Positions 17,132 to 26,452 of a DNA stretch of 64,000 nt are shown here, piece after piece. The DNA lies in the NCBI GenBank assembly GCA_947628565.1, contig CANRAH010000002.1, positions 29,525 to 93,524 of the forward strand, given 5' to 3'. The notes under the pieces were generated by a model. The model searched no databases. It worked only from the letters and a program-made list of their open reading frames with translations, and was not told where the DNA came from. Both the position numbers and the translations under genes were made by a program. The first letter of the stretch is position 1; each line of letters begins with the position of its first letter. Source of the DNA: an uncultured Bacilli bacterium. Lineage in GTDB: Bacteria > Bacillota_I > Bacilli_A > RF39 > UBA660.

Positions 17132-17935
17132 CTAACCTCCTTGCACTACTACTCTTTTTAATGCTTTATTTGTAAGAGTTTTACCTAAGATAAATAAAAT
17201 TAATATCCATATTATTTGCATACCAAGACTTATAAATATTTCATTAAAATCAATATTTCCTACATATAATCTAAATGGAAAATCACTTATGTATCTAAAT
17301 GGAAGTATATTTGATATATTTTGCATAAATTTTGGAAAAAATGGTACTGGTATAACAAGACCAGATAATATATCTGCTATTACCATAAATATATTTACTA
17401 CTCCCCTTTCATCTAAAGTAAATAAGCATATAACATGGTATAAGCATACAAGTACTGTCATAAGAATACTTGAAAATATCATTGATACAATAAATAAAAG
17501 TAGTCTAAATGCTGTAATACTTATATCTAAGTTATATGGTTTAGGTAATAATACAGCTATTATTATTACAGGTAAAAATCTTAACGTTACTCTAGATAAT
17601 CTTTCACCTAATATTTTACTACACCACATAAAATATAAATTTTGGGGTCTTAAAAGTTCATATGCAATATTTCCTGTTTTAATCATATTTATAATTTCAC
17701 TATCTTTATACCAAAGATATATAAGAGAAAATAAACTTTGAGACATCCATAAATAACCTACAATTTCATCTAATTCCATTGGTAAGCTTGAATGATTTGA
17801 TTCATAAAAAGCTACATAAACAGATATATATACAAATCCGAAGAAAAATTGAGTCATAATTCCAGCAATGGCTTGAGCCCTATAACTAAGACCAGTTATA
17901 AATTTTAATTTAAAGTATGATATATATGATTTCAT
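17132..17935 (-). CDS. ABC-2 type transporter permease (operon 2, first permease)
   Basis: 267 aa and polytopic. It overlaps the ATPase stop by 4 nt. Confidence 0.75.
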   Translation of the reverse strand: MKSYISYFKLKFITGLSYRAQAIAGIMTQFFFGFVYISVYVAFYESNHSSLPMELDEIVGYLWMSQSLFSLIYLWYKDSEIINMIKTGNIAYELLRPQNLYFMWCSKILGERLSRVTLRFLPVIIIAVLLPKPYNLDISITAFRLLLFIVSMIFSSILMTVLVCLYHVICLFTLDERGVVNIFMVIADILSGLVIPVPFFPKFMQNISNILPFRYISDFPFRLYVGNIDFNEIFISLGMQIIWILILFILGKTLTNKALKRVVVQGG

Positions 17936-18912
17936 ATTTCAAATTCCTCATATAGTTTTATAATTAGATCATCTATATTACTACTTTCTATATCTATATC
18001 TATTATTGAAATTTTTGATGACAAAAGTTTTATAAATTCGTTTATTTCTATCTGTCTTATATCTATTGTGAATTCTATTTTATTATCAAATTTTTTTTCT
18101 TTAACTATATAATTTCTTTTTATATCAATTTTATCTTTAGTCTCTATTGTAATTTTTCTTAAATAATCATATTTTTTCTTCAATTTTGATATTGAACCAT
18201 CATAAAGTATTTTTCCTTTACCAATTAAAATAATTCTTTTACAAAGAGATTCTATATCTTTCATATCGTGTGTTGTTAAAATCACAGTTACATTGTTTTG
18301 TCTATTTATTTTTTTAATAAAATCTCTTACCATTTTTTTAGATACAGCATCAAGGCCAATTGTGGGTTCATCTAAAAATAATACTTGTGGTTTGTGTATA
18401 AGTGAAGCTGCTATTTCGCATTTCATTCTATTTCCTAAACTAAGAAGTCTGACAGGTATATTTAATATATCCTTTAAATTTAATAAATCGATAAGTTCAT
18501 TTAATGTCTTTTTATATTCATTATCATCTATTTTATATATATCTTTCAAAAGATTAAATGAATCAATAGCTGGTATATCCCACCATAACTGACTTTTTTG
18601 ACCAAAAACGGCTCCAATATTTTTTACATATTTTTTCCTATCAACGTTTGGTATTAAATTATTAATTTTAACACTTCCACTATCAGGATTAAGTATGCCA
18701 GAAAGTATTTTTATTGTTGTTGACTTTCCAGCACCATTTGGCCCTATATAGCCAACTATTTCTCCTTTTTTAATAGAAAATGAAATATCATCTATTGCCT
18801 TTATATATCTGTATTTCCTATTAAAAAAGCTTTTTAAAGATCCAATTATCCCTTCTGTTTTTATTGGAACTTTAAATGTTTTTCGTATATGTTTAACCAT
18901 GATGAACGACAT
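17932..18912 (-). CDS. ABC transporter ATP-binding protein (operon 2)
   Basis: Walker A GPNGAGKSTT, signature LSLGNRMKC, Walker B VLFLDEPT. SD GGAAGGAG lies upstream. Confidence 0.9.
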   Translation of the reverse strand: MSFIMVKHIRKTFKVPIKTEGIIGSLKSFFNRKYRYIKAIDDISFSIKKGEIVGYIGPNGAGKSTTIKILSGILNPDSGSVKINNLIPNVDRKKYVKNIGAVFGQKSQLWWDIPAIDSFNLLKDIYKIDDNEYKKTLNELIDLLNLKDILNIPVRLLSLGNRMKCEIAASLIHKPQVLFLDEPTIGLDAVSKKMVRDFIKKINRQNNVTVILTTHDMKDIESLCKRIILIGKGKILYDGSISKLKKKYDYLRKITIETKDKIDIKRNYIVKEKKFDNKIEFTIDIRQIEINEFIKLLSSKISIIDIDIESSNIDDLIIKLYEEFEI

Positions 18913-18931
18913 TTTATCAACTCCTTCCTAT

Positions 18932-19027
18932 AAAGAATCGACAAAATTATAAAAGTTTTATATAACGCAAAAAACCACATATTTATATGTAGTTACCTAG
19001 TTGTTAAAAATAAATTGTCGATTCTTT
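18932..19027. repeat. 13-bp perfect inverted repeat (AAAGAATCGACAA / TTGTCGATTCTTT) flanking a terminator and the operon 2 promoter region
   Basis: The arms lie at 18932-18944 and 19015-19027. One arm ends 6 nt upstream of the operon 2 SD. Confidence 0.6.
18969..18994 (-). terminator. Intrinsic terminator after the FAD oxidoreductase gene
   Basis: On the minus strand, AACTACATAT..ATATGTGGTT is followed by TTTTTT. Confidence 0.65.
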
Positions 19028-19079
19028 GCAAAACGTCCATTCAATTATATTATATTTTTTTTATAATTGCAATACTTTT

Positions 19080-20618
19080 TTAGTTTTTTTCTTCAGAGTA
19101 TACTTTTTCTGTATTTACATTCCATATATTATCTTTAGACTTTATATTATTAACAATATTATTTACTGTTTCAAACGCTGTAATCATAGAATGATCCATA
19201 TTGTTATATCTATGTTGCCCATTTCTTCCTATACAGTATAAATTATCAAATGAGTTTAAATAGTCTTTTAATTTATCAATTTCACTATAAGTATCAAAGT
19301 ATGCTGGATAAGCTTTCTTTATTTTTTCCACATGTGAAGTTATAATGTCCTTTTTATCTATTATTTCCATTTTTAATAATTCATCTATAGCAAACTCAGC
19401 TAATTTTTTATTTGTAGATTTGAAAAATTCATCATTTTCATTACAGCAATATTCTAATCCAATCCACACATTTTTTCTATCATTTACTAAATATGGGCTC
19501 CAATTATTAAATATTTGTATTCTATTTAATTTTACATCTGGTGATTGAACATATATCCAACAATCAGGAATTATATTTCCTAATGTTTTTATTTTTGTTT
19601 CATTTTTTATTTTTAACTTTTTAACAAGTAATCCTACTGTTATGAAATCTCTATATGGTAAATTACTTGCTATATAATTAATTTCATCTGGTGTATCATC
19701 CATACTTTGAATTAAATCTTTAAGTGGCATACTTGATATAAACGTATCAGCTATAAATTCTTCGTCTCCACAAAAAACTGATAAAATTTTGCCATTTTTA
19801 TAATTAATTTTTGTAACTTTATGTTTTTTTAAAATTGTTCCACCCATTTTTTCAAATTCTTTAGCTACTTCTTCCCAAAGTTGACCAGGTCCATATTTTG
19901 GATATAAAAACTGTTCAATTAAAGATGTTTCTACATTTTTACTTTTTATATGAAATAACTTTTTAAACATGTTTTTAATTACTACAAAAATAGATACTCC
20001 CTTAACTCTTTGAGCTCCCCAATCTGCTGATATTTCTTTAGGAGGCCTACCCCAAACTTTTTCTGTATATTTCAAGAAAAACATGCTATAAAGTTTTTTA
20101 CCAAATCTGTTTATATAAAAATTTTCTAATGAATCTTCTTTCTTCTTAAAAAATACAGATTTAATATAACTAAATCCTACTGAGATTGTATTAAAAAATC
20201 CCAGATTTTTTATAGTTTTAATATTCATTTCTATTGGATAATTAAAAAATTTTTTTAGATAATAAATTCTTGATACGCGATTTCTTTTAAGCATAACTTT
20301 ATCACTTAATTCAGGATCTGGACCATTTAGTGGTAAATCTTTTTTTATCTTTAATTTTTTATCATCATATGAATCCTTACCTTGTAAAGGCATAATTTCT
20401 TGCCAAAATTCTAAAACTTTTTTATCCTTTGAAAAAAATCTATGTCCACCAATATCTATCCTATTACCTTTATAATTTATTGTTTTGGATATACCACCTA
20501 TATCATTTGATTCTTCTAATATTATTACTTCATAATCTTTTGATTGTTTTAAAAGTTCAACACCAGCAGTTAATCCAGCTGGCCCTGCACCTATTATTAT
20601 TACTTTCATTAAATTCAC
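19080..20618 (-). CDS. NAD(P)/FAD-dependent oxidoreductase (amine oxidase / UDP-galactopyranose mutase-like superfamily)
   Basis: 512 aa with the N-terminal Rossmann motif [17 protein letters not shown]...[10 protein letters not shown]. Confidence 0.7.
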   Translation of the reverse strand: MNLMKVIIIGAGPAGLTAGVELLKQSKDYEVIILEESNDIGGISKTINYKGNRIDIGGHRFFSKDKKVLEFWQEIMPLQGKDSYDDKKLKIKKDLPLNGPDPELSDKVMLKRNRVSRIYYLKKFFNYPIEMNIKTIKNLGFFNTISVGFSYIKSVFFKKKEDSLENFYINRFGKKLYSMFFLKYTEKVWGRPPKEISADWGAQRVKGVSIFVVIKNMFKKLFHIKSKNVETSLIEQFLYPKYGPGQLWEEVAKEFEKMGGTILKKHKVTKINYKNGKILSVFCGDEEFIADTFISSMPLKDLIQSMDDTPDEINYIASNLPYRDFITVGLLVKKLKIKNETKIKTLGNIIPDCWIYVQSPDVKLNRIQIFNNWSPYLVNDRKNVWIGLEYCCNENDEFFKSTNKKLAEFAIDELLKMEIIDKKDIITSHVEKIKKAYPAYFDTYSEIDKLKDYLNSFDNLYCIGRNGQHRYNNMDHSMITAFETVNNIVNNIKSKDNIWNVNTEKVYSEEKN

Positions 20619-20621
20619 CTG

Positions 20622-22133
20622 CTATTCTATATTTTTTTGATTAATAAATAAACTATAAATTAAAAGAGGAATACATGTAACTACCTGTGGATAAGAAAAC
20701 CTACATTCTCCACCTGTTATCATAAACATAATAACCAAAGTATTACTTAAAATTACTATAAATGGAATATAATATTTAAATTTACATAAAGTCTTTTTTA
20801 TAATTATAAATAATGAAAACATTATTATAAATAATCCTTCCCCATTAGCTTGAAATAACCACCTAAATGGATATTTTGTTATAATTTCATTATATCTAGA
20901 TAAATAATATAATGAAACATCTTTTAAATTATTGCTTTGAGGTTTTGATTCAGACGATATATAATCAAGTTCAATAAAGCTTTGTTCTATATGCCATATA
21001 CTTTCAGTTATATTTTCAAAAGAAGCAATATACATAGATGGATACTTTATAGATTTTTTAAACCAGATTTTCATCAAATCATTAAAATTTTTTTCAGCAT
21101 TTTCTTTATAATTTTCAACCGAAAGTTTTATATAGTTAAAAGTCTTAGGAGAATAATGATAATACCAGTTATCAAGTGGCACTACATTATTTAATGTATT
21201 TAATTCACTGTTACTAAAATCTGCTCCATTACATAAATAATATGAAATTTGCCCCATTACCTCTCCAATCATTTCCGATTTTCCACCTGTTTTATAATCT
21301 ATTTTAAATAATCTATAAATAGGGTTTGTTATTAAAAGCATAGATATTATTATTGTAACAAATGATATTATTAAAAACTTTCTATATTTAGCAAAGTATA
21401 TACTTAGTAAAATAAAAATTAAGCAAAATGGTACAATTCCATTATGTCTAAAATATAATATACCTAAGCCAGCTAAAATAAATATAAATTTATTTTTGTG
21501 CTTTTTTAACCATTCACCATCAGTTCTTATAATATTTATCAAAAAAAGAATTTCGAGGAAAAAAAACCAACTATAAAGAATATCCTTCCATAAAGCAACA
21601 CTGTACTTGATAAATAAAGGATTGAATATAATTATTATAAGAACAAATAAAGTATATTTAAAATCTAAAAAATTTTTTCTAAGCCAATAACAAAAATACA
21701 TAAGAATTACAGATATTATTGAAATTTGAAAAATTGTAGATAAAGCAATATTTTTAGTAAAAAGTTGTGGTATTTTATATAATAATAATGTATGAATAAC
21801 AGGATGCCAGTTTGAATATGTATTATTTAATGCTTGATTATATTGATTTAAAGTATCATATGTCGTATAGCCCGGATAATATGAAATTAAAGCAAAAATA
21901 AGAACTCCTATTATTAAAATTTCATATATAATAAATTCCGGTTTTAATATCTTCCCTTTTTTAGCTTTTAAATTTAGATTAGAAATTTTATTCCATACTA
22001 TATAGAAAAAAATCTCAGAAATTATAAAGCACATTATAAACACTACTAAAGATAAGTTCTCAAAGCAAATATTCAGTGAAAAAAACAGGGATAAAATAGT
22101 AACAAAAATAAAATCTAAGACTTTTTCTACCAT
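20622..22133 (-). CDS. Polytopic membrane protein, possible GT-C fold glycosyltransferase
   Basis: 503 aa with more than 10 hydrophobic segments and a large loop region. It lies 3 nt upstream of the oxidoreductase gene. Confidence 0.4.
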   Translation of the reverse strand: MVEKVLDFIFVTILSLFFSLNICFENLSLVVFIMCFIISEIFFYIVWNKISNLNLKAKKGKILKPEFIIYEILIIGVLIFALISYYPGYTTYDTLNQYNQALNNTYSNWHPVIHTLLLYKIPQLFTKNIALSTIFQISIISVILMYFCYWLRKNFLDFKYTLFVLIIIIFNPLFIKYSVALWKDILYSWFFFLEILFLINIIRTDGEWLKKHKNKFIFILAGLGILYFRHNGIVPFCLIFILLSIYFAKYRKFLIISFVTIIISMLLITNPIYRLFKIDYKTGGKSEMIGEVMGQISYYLCNGADFSNSELNTLNNVVPLDNWYYHYSPKTFNYIKLSVENYKENAEKNFNDLMKIWFKKSIKYPSMYIASFENITESIWHIEQSFIELDYISSESKPQSNNLKDVSLYYLSRYNEIITKYPFRWLFQANGEGLFIIMFSLFIIIKKTLCKFKYYIPFIVILSNTLVIMFMITGGECRFSYPQVVTCIPLLIYSLFINQKNIE

Positions 22134-22201
22134 ACGGCACCTCTATACTTCCTAATTCCATTATAAAGTAATTTTATAATTTTTTCAACATAATATATTT
22201 A

Positions 22202-22230
22202 AAACCTTATTTCGTTTTGAAGTAAGGTTT
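22202..22230 (-). terminator. Putative terminator after thrS
   Basis: AAACCTTACTTC-aaaac-GAAATAAGGTTT on the minus strand, followed by a short T-run. Confidence 0.5.
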
Positions 22231-22236
22231 TATCTT

Positions 22237-24000
22237 TTATATGTTTTTCTTTTTATTTTTTATGCAATCATCAACACTTTGTACAAATTTTTCTATATCT
22301 AAACTTTCTGTATCTTGTGATCCAAATTTTCTAAAGCTTACTATTCTACTTTCCTTTTCTTTATCACCAATTATTAAAGTAAGTGGTATTTTTTTTGTTT
22401 GACTTTCCCTTATTTTATATGATAATTTTTCCGCTCTATCATCTAATTTAGTTCTTATATTATTTTTATCAAGTATATCTTTGATTTCTTTTGAATAATC
22501 TAGATGATATTCATTATTTACTGGTATTATGTTTATCTGTGTAGGTGCAAGCCAAAGAGGAAAAGCACCTTTAGTCTCTTCTATAATATAAGCCATAAAA
22601 CGGTCAAGTGATCCTAATATTGCTCTATGTAATACAACTGGTGTTTTCTTTGTACCATCACTATCTACATACTTTAAATCAAACTTACTAGGTAAGCAAA
22701 AATCCAATTGACAAGTTGAAAGTGTGTATTCCCCTCCAATTGCTGGTTTGACATTAACATCTAATTTTGGCCCATAAAATGCTGCTTCACCTATTTCTTC
22801 AGTATATGGTAATCCAATTTCATTCAATACTTCTCTTAAGCTATTTTCAGCTTTATTCCACATTTCATCATCATTATGATATTTTTCTTTATTCATAGGA
22901 TCTCTTAATGATAAAACGCATCTATAATCTGTTATATTAAAATCTTTATAAACATCAAATATTAAATCGACTACATTTTTAAATTCTGATTTTATTTGTT
23001 CAGGTGTTACAAATAAATGTGCATCATTTTGACAGAAATGACGTCCTCTTTCAATTCCCTTAATTGCTCCACTAGCTTCATATCTAAAGTCATGAGCAAT
23101 TTCTCCTATTCGTATAGGTAAATCTTTATAAGAATGAAGTTTACTTGCATATATCATCATATGATGTGGACAGTTCATAGGTCTTAATACAAATGATTCT
23201 CCTTCAACCTCCATTACTGGAAACATATTTTCCTTATAGTGTTCAAAATGTCCTGATGTTTTATATAATTCTACATTACCTAAGCAAGGAGTCATAACAT
23301 GATCATAACCTAATTTTCTTTCTTTTTCTTTTATATAATTTTCTAATTCTTGCCAAACGATATAACCATTAGGTAAGAACATTGGAAGCCCTCTTCCTAC
23401 TAAATCGTCTGACATAAATAATTCTAATTCCTTACCTAATTTACGATGATCTCTTTCTTTTGCTTCCTCTAAAATTTTTAAATATTCACTTAAATCATCT
23501 TCGTTAAAGAAACAAACTCCATAAATTCTTTGTAACATTTTATTTTTAGAATCACCTTTAAAATATGCCCCACTAACTTTAAGTAATTTAAAATACTTCA
23601 TTGCCTTAGTAGATTCCATATGTGGTCCTCTACAAAGATCGATAAAATCATCTTGTTTATATGCACTTATTACTGTATTTTCCTCATCCATACGGCTAAT
23701 TAAATCTATTTTATATGGATCATCTTTAAACATTTCCAATGCTTCACTTTTTGATAATTCTATTCTTTTTATTAATTTGTCTGATTTAGCAATTTTTTTC
23801 ATTTCTCTTTCTATATTAGGTAAATCTTCCTCTTTGATTACATCCTCACCTAAATCAACATCATAATAAAAGCCTTCTTCTATAACTGGTCCAACCCAAA
23901 ATTTTGCATTTGGATATAAATGTTTTATGGCATGCGCAAGAAGATGAGCACATGAATGGTTTAACGTGTTTAATTTTGAATCTTCTTTAATATTTATCAT
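22237..24000 (-). CDS. thrS: Threonine--tRNA ligase (no N-terminal TGS domain)
   Basis: 587 aa. It begins 14 residues before the editing-domain motif HSCAHLLAHAIKHLYP. The class II core and the anticodon-binding C-terminus are present. SD AAGGAGG lies upstream. Confidence 0.9.
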   Translation of the reverse strand: MINIKEDSKLNTLNHSCAHLLAHAIKHLYPNAKFWVGPVIEEGFYYDVDLGEDVIKEEDLPNIEREMKKIAKSDKLIKRIELSKSEALEMFKDDPYKIDLISRMDEENTVISAYKQDDFIDLCRGPHMESTKAMKYFKLLKVSGAYFKGDSKNKMLQRIYGVCFFNEDDLSEYLKILEEAKERDHRKLGKELELFMSDDLVGRGLPMFLPNGYIVWQELENYIKEKERKLGYDHVMTPCLGNVELYKTSGHFEHYKENMFPVMEVEGESFVLRPMNCPHHMMIYASKLHSYKDLPIRIGEIAHDFRYEASGAIKGIERGRHFCQNDAHLFVTPEQIKSEFKNVVDLIFDVYKDFNITDYRCVLSLRDPMNKEKYHNDDEMWNKAENSLREVLNEIGLPYTEEIGEAAFYGPKLDVNVKPAIGGEYTLSTCQLDFCLPSKFDLKYVDSDGTKKTPVVLHRAILGSLDRFMAYIIEETKGAFPLWLAPTQINIIPVNNEYHLDYSKEIKDILDKNNIRTKLDDRAEKLSYKIRESQTKKIPLTLIIGDKEKESRIVSFRKFGSQDTESLDIEKFVQSVDDCIKNKKKNI

Positions 24001-24185
24001 AATTTACCTCCTTAAAATAAAAACCACACCACTGCAAGGAGCAATAGTGCGGTACCATCCTTTATTTACTTAATTAATATAACGGCTAGGCCGGGAATCT
24101 CTTTCGAGCCCTGTTCATAGGTAGTAATCATATATTTTTATAAACTATCTCTCACCAATGATAGTATCTCTTCATATAAAAGATA
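24001..24185 (-). promoter_or_regulatory. T-box leader (threonine specifier) with terminator/antiterminator
   Basis: T-box sequence AAAGGAUGGUACCGC at 24063-24049. The terminator ACCGCACUAUUGC/GCAGUGGUGUGGU plus U-run lies at 24019-24053. Candidate specifier is ACU-ACC at 24125-24120. Confidence 0.85.
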
Positions 24186-24254
24186 TATAATCTTGTCCTA
24201 ATCAAAACATTTAATTATAGTTTATCATATTTTTAAAATTTTTCAAGTATATAT

Positions 24255-26369
24255 TTAATTTTTTATAAATTTTTTAAGAACTCTTGATAGTTCAGATTTG
24301 TCTATTGGTTTTGAAATGTAATCATCAAATCCACTGTTTAAATAAGCTTCTCTTTTACCTTCCATAGCATCTGCTGTAAGAACAACAACAGGTATATTAA
24401 AATTTTCCATTGATTTTAAATTATTCAATGTTGTTATACCATCCATACCAGGCATCATCTGATCCAAAAATATTAAATCATAAGTATTACCTTCTTTAAT
24501 ATTTTCTAAGCATTCTTCTCCACTTTCAAGTAATATTACATCAAGATCGTATAATTCAAGCATTTTTTTAGTAACTTTTAAATTTAATTTATTATCATCA
24601 ACAACCAAAACTTTTTTACCTTCTAAACTAAATTCTTGAGCTATCTTATTATTTTTAATAAGTTCTCTTACTTTATTATCTTCAACTATTTTTTGTCTAA
24701 ATGTAGCTATAACTTTAGTATATTTACCAACTTCACTCTCTATTTCTAATTTGCCATCTAGAAGTTCTATAATATTTTTAACATAACCTATTCCTGATGT
24801 AGTATTTTTAGAATTAATTATTGCATTAATTTTTGCAGCTTCAATACCTACTCCAGTATCTTCAACTGTTACAGTTAAATTAACAAAATTATCGTTTTTT
24901 TCTCCTCTTACAGATACATTAACTTCTCCTTCATCAGTATATTTTACTGCATTATTTATAAGCCTTGTTAATGCACGGAATATTCTAATTTCATCTCCGT
25001 AAAGTATTACTGGTAAATTACTATCCAAAACTAAATTAAATTTTAAATCTTTATTACCTATATACTCTTTCGCATCAGATTCAAGTTTTTTAAATAATTT
25101 TAAAATACTATATTCTTTTTCTTCTCTTTTTATAACTCTTTTTTCTATATTCGATGTATCTATTAGCTCATCTATTATTTCTAAAACTTCAAGTGATGAG
25201 TCTTTTATATTTTCAATATCATCTTTAACATCTTCACTTAAATCTTTGTAAAGCAATGAATCACTGAAACCGATTATATTTGTGAGTGGAGTTCTAATAT
25301 CATGCGATATAGTTGAAATCAAATTTGTTTTTGATTTTGAAACCATCTTTGCTTCATTTAATGCATTTTGTAACATAACATTTTGTTCTCTAATACTTTC
25401 AGCCTTTTCAGTTACATTCTTTGTTAAAATAGATACTTTATTTCTTTGTTTGCTAGACAAAAAGAATATCGTACTTTCAAGCCAAGTATTATTTTTAATC
25501 TCACTACCAATTCTATATCTTATAGTAATTGAATCAAGTTCATATTTTGAAAAATGTTCCTTTAAATTTTCAAGTGAAAGGGCATCATATACAAATTTTC
25601 TATCATTTTCATTTATATATGTTAAAATCTCTTCTAATCCTTCAGTATATTTTCCTTGTCTACCTTCACCAAAATATAAATTATCAGATTTAAAATATTT
25701 AAGTTCATAAGAATTTCTTATTGTATCAATATCGATTTCTACATCATATGATGCAGCTGTTATTTGATTTAACTGACTTTCTCTTGTCTTTATATCTGAT
25801 GCTTGTGATATCAAAAGATGTTGACGATCATGATCTTTTGTTGCATCTATTATTTCGATTATATAATAGTTCTCTTTTGAATCAATAACAGGAAAAATTT
25901 TTACTTTAATCCACATTTGATATGTATATTTTGGATTATCATATTCTATCATTTGACTTACATATTTACCTGATCTATTCCAATTACTCAATTCTGTTTT
26001 TATGATTGGAATATTTAATATTTTAGATACTATTTCATCATCAGTTAAATCAGATTTCTTTATACCTAAAATTTCTTCGATATTATTTGATAAATAAATG
26101 ACTTTTTTATTTGATTCATCTATCATAATATATACAGTATCCGAATTTATCTCAAGTGAATTATATAATTTTTCTTTATATTTATATCTTATATTATTAC
26201 TATTATTTGGTAATAACAATTTAATTATATAAATTCCTAGTAAAATTATAATTATTAATAAAACATTTTTAAATACAATATTAGCAGAATTCATAATAAG
26301 CATATAATATGCATATAATGATGTAAATACAATTAAAAGCGCTAAAACTAAACCTCTTTTTATCTTCAT
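24255..26369 (-). CDS. Hybrid sensor histidine kinase / response regulator (TM, PAS-like, HisKA, HATPase, receiver)
   Basis: 704 aa. H-box STISHDIRTPLTNIIG, G-box DTGVGI, and a receiver domain with VLVVDDNKLN...FLDQMMPGMDG...K. Confidence 0.85.
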   Translation of the reverse strand: MKIKRGLVLALLIVFTSLYAYYMLIMNSANIVFKNVLLIIIILLGIYIIKLLLPNNSNNIRYKYKEKLYNSLEINSDTVYIMIDESNKKVIYLSNNIEEILGIKKSDLTDDEIVSKILNIPIIKTELSNWNRSGKYVSQMIEYDNPKYTYQMWIKVKIFPVIDSKENYYIIEIIDATKDHDRQHLLISQASDIKTRESQLNQITAASYDVEIDIDTIRNSYELKYFKSDNLYFGEGRQGKYTEGLEEILTYINENDRKFVYDALSLENLKEHFSKYELDSITIRYRIGSEIKNNTWLESTIFFLSSKQRNKVSILTKNVTEKAESIREQNVMLQNALNEAKMVSKSKTNLISTISHDIRTPLTNIIGFSDSLLYKDLSEDVKDDIENIKDSSLEVLEIIDELIDTSNIEKRVIKREEKEYSILKLFKKLESDAKEYIGNKDLKFNLVLDSNLPVILYGDEIRIFRALTRLINNAVKYTDEGEVNVSVRGEKNDNFVNLTVTVEDTGVGIEAAKINAIINSKNTTSGIGYVKNIIELLDGKLEIESEVGKYTKVIATFRQKIVEDNKVRELIKNNKIAQEFSLEGKKVLVVDDNKLNLKVTKKMLELYDLDVILLESGEECLENIKEGNTYDLIFLDQMMPGMDGITTLNNLKSMENFNIPVVVLTADAMEGKREAYLNSGFDDYISKPIDKSELSRVLKKFIKN

Positions 26370-26452
26370 AAGTCCTCCTAGCCTAAATATATTATATCAT
26401 GCATACCTAAAAATGTAAATTAACGAAATAAATTTTCAGGTTTATAAAATTA

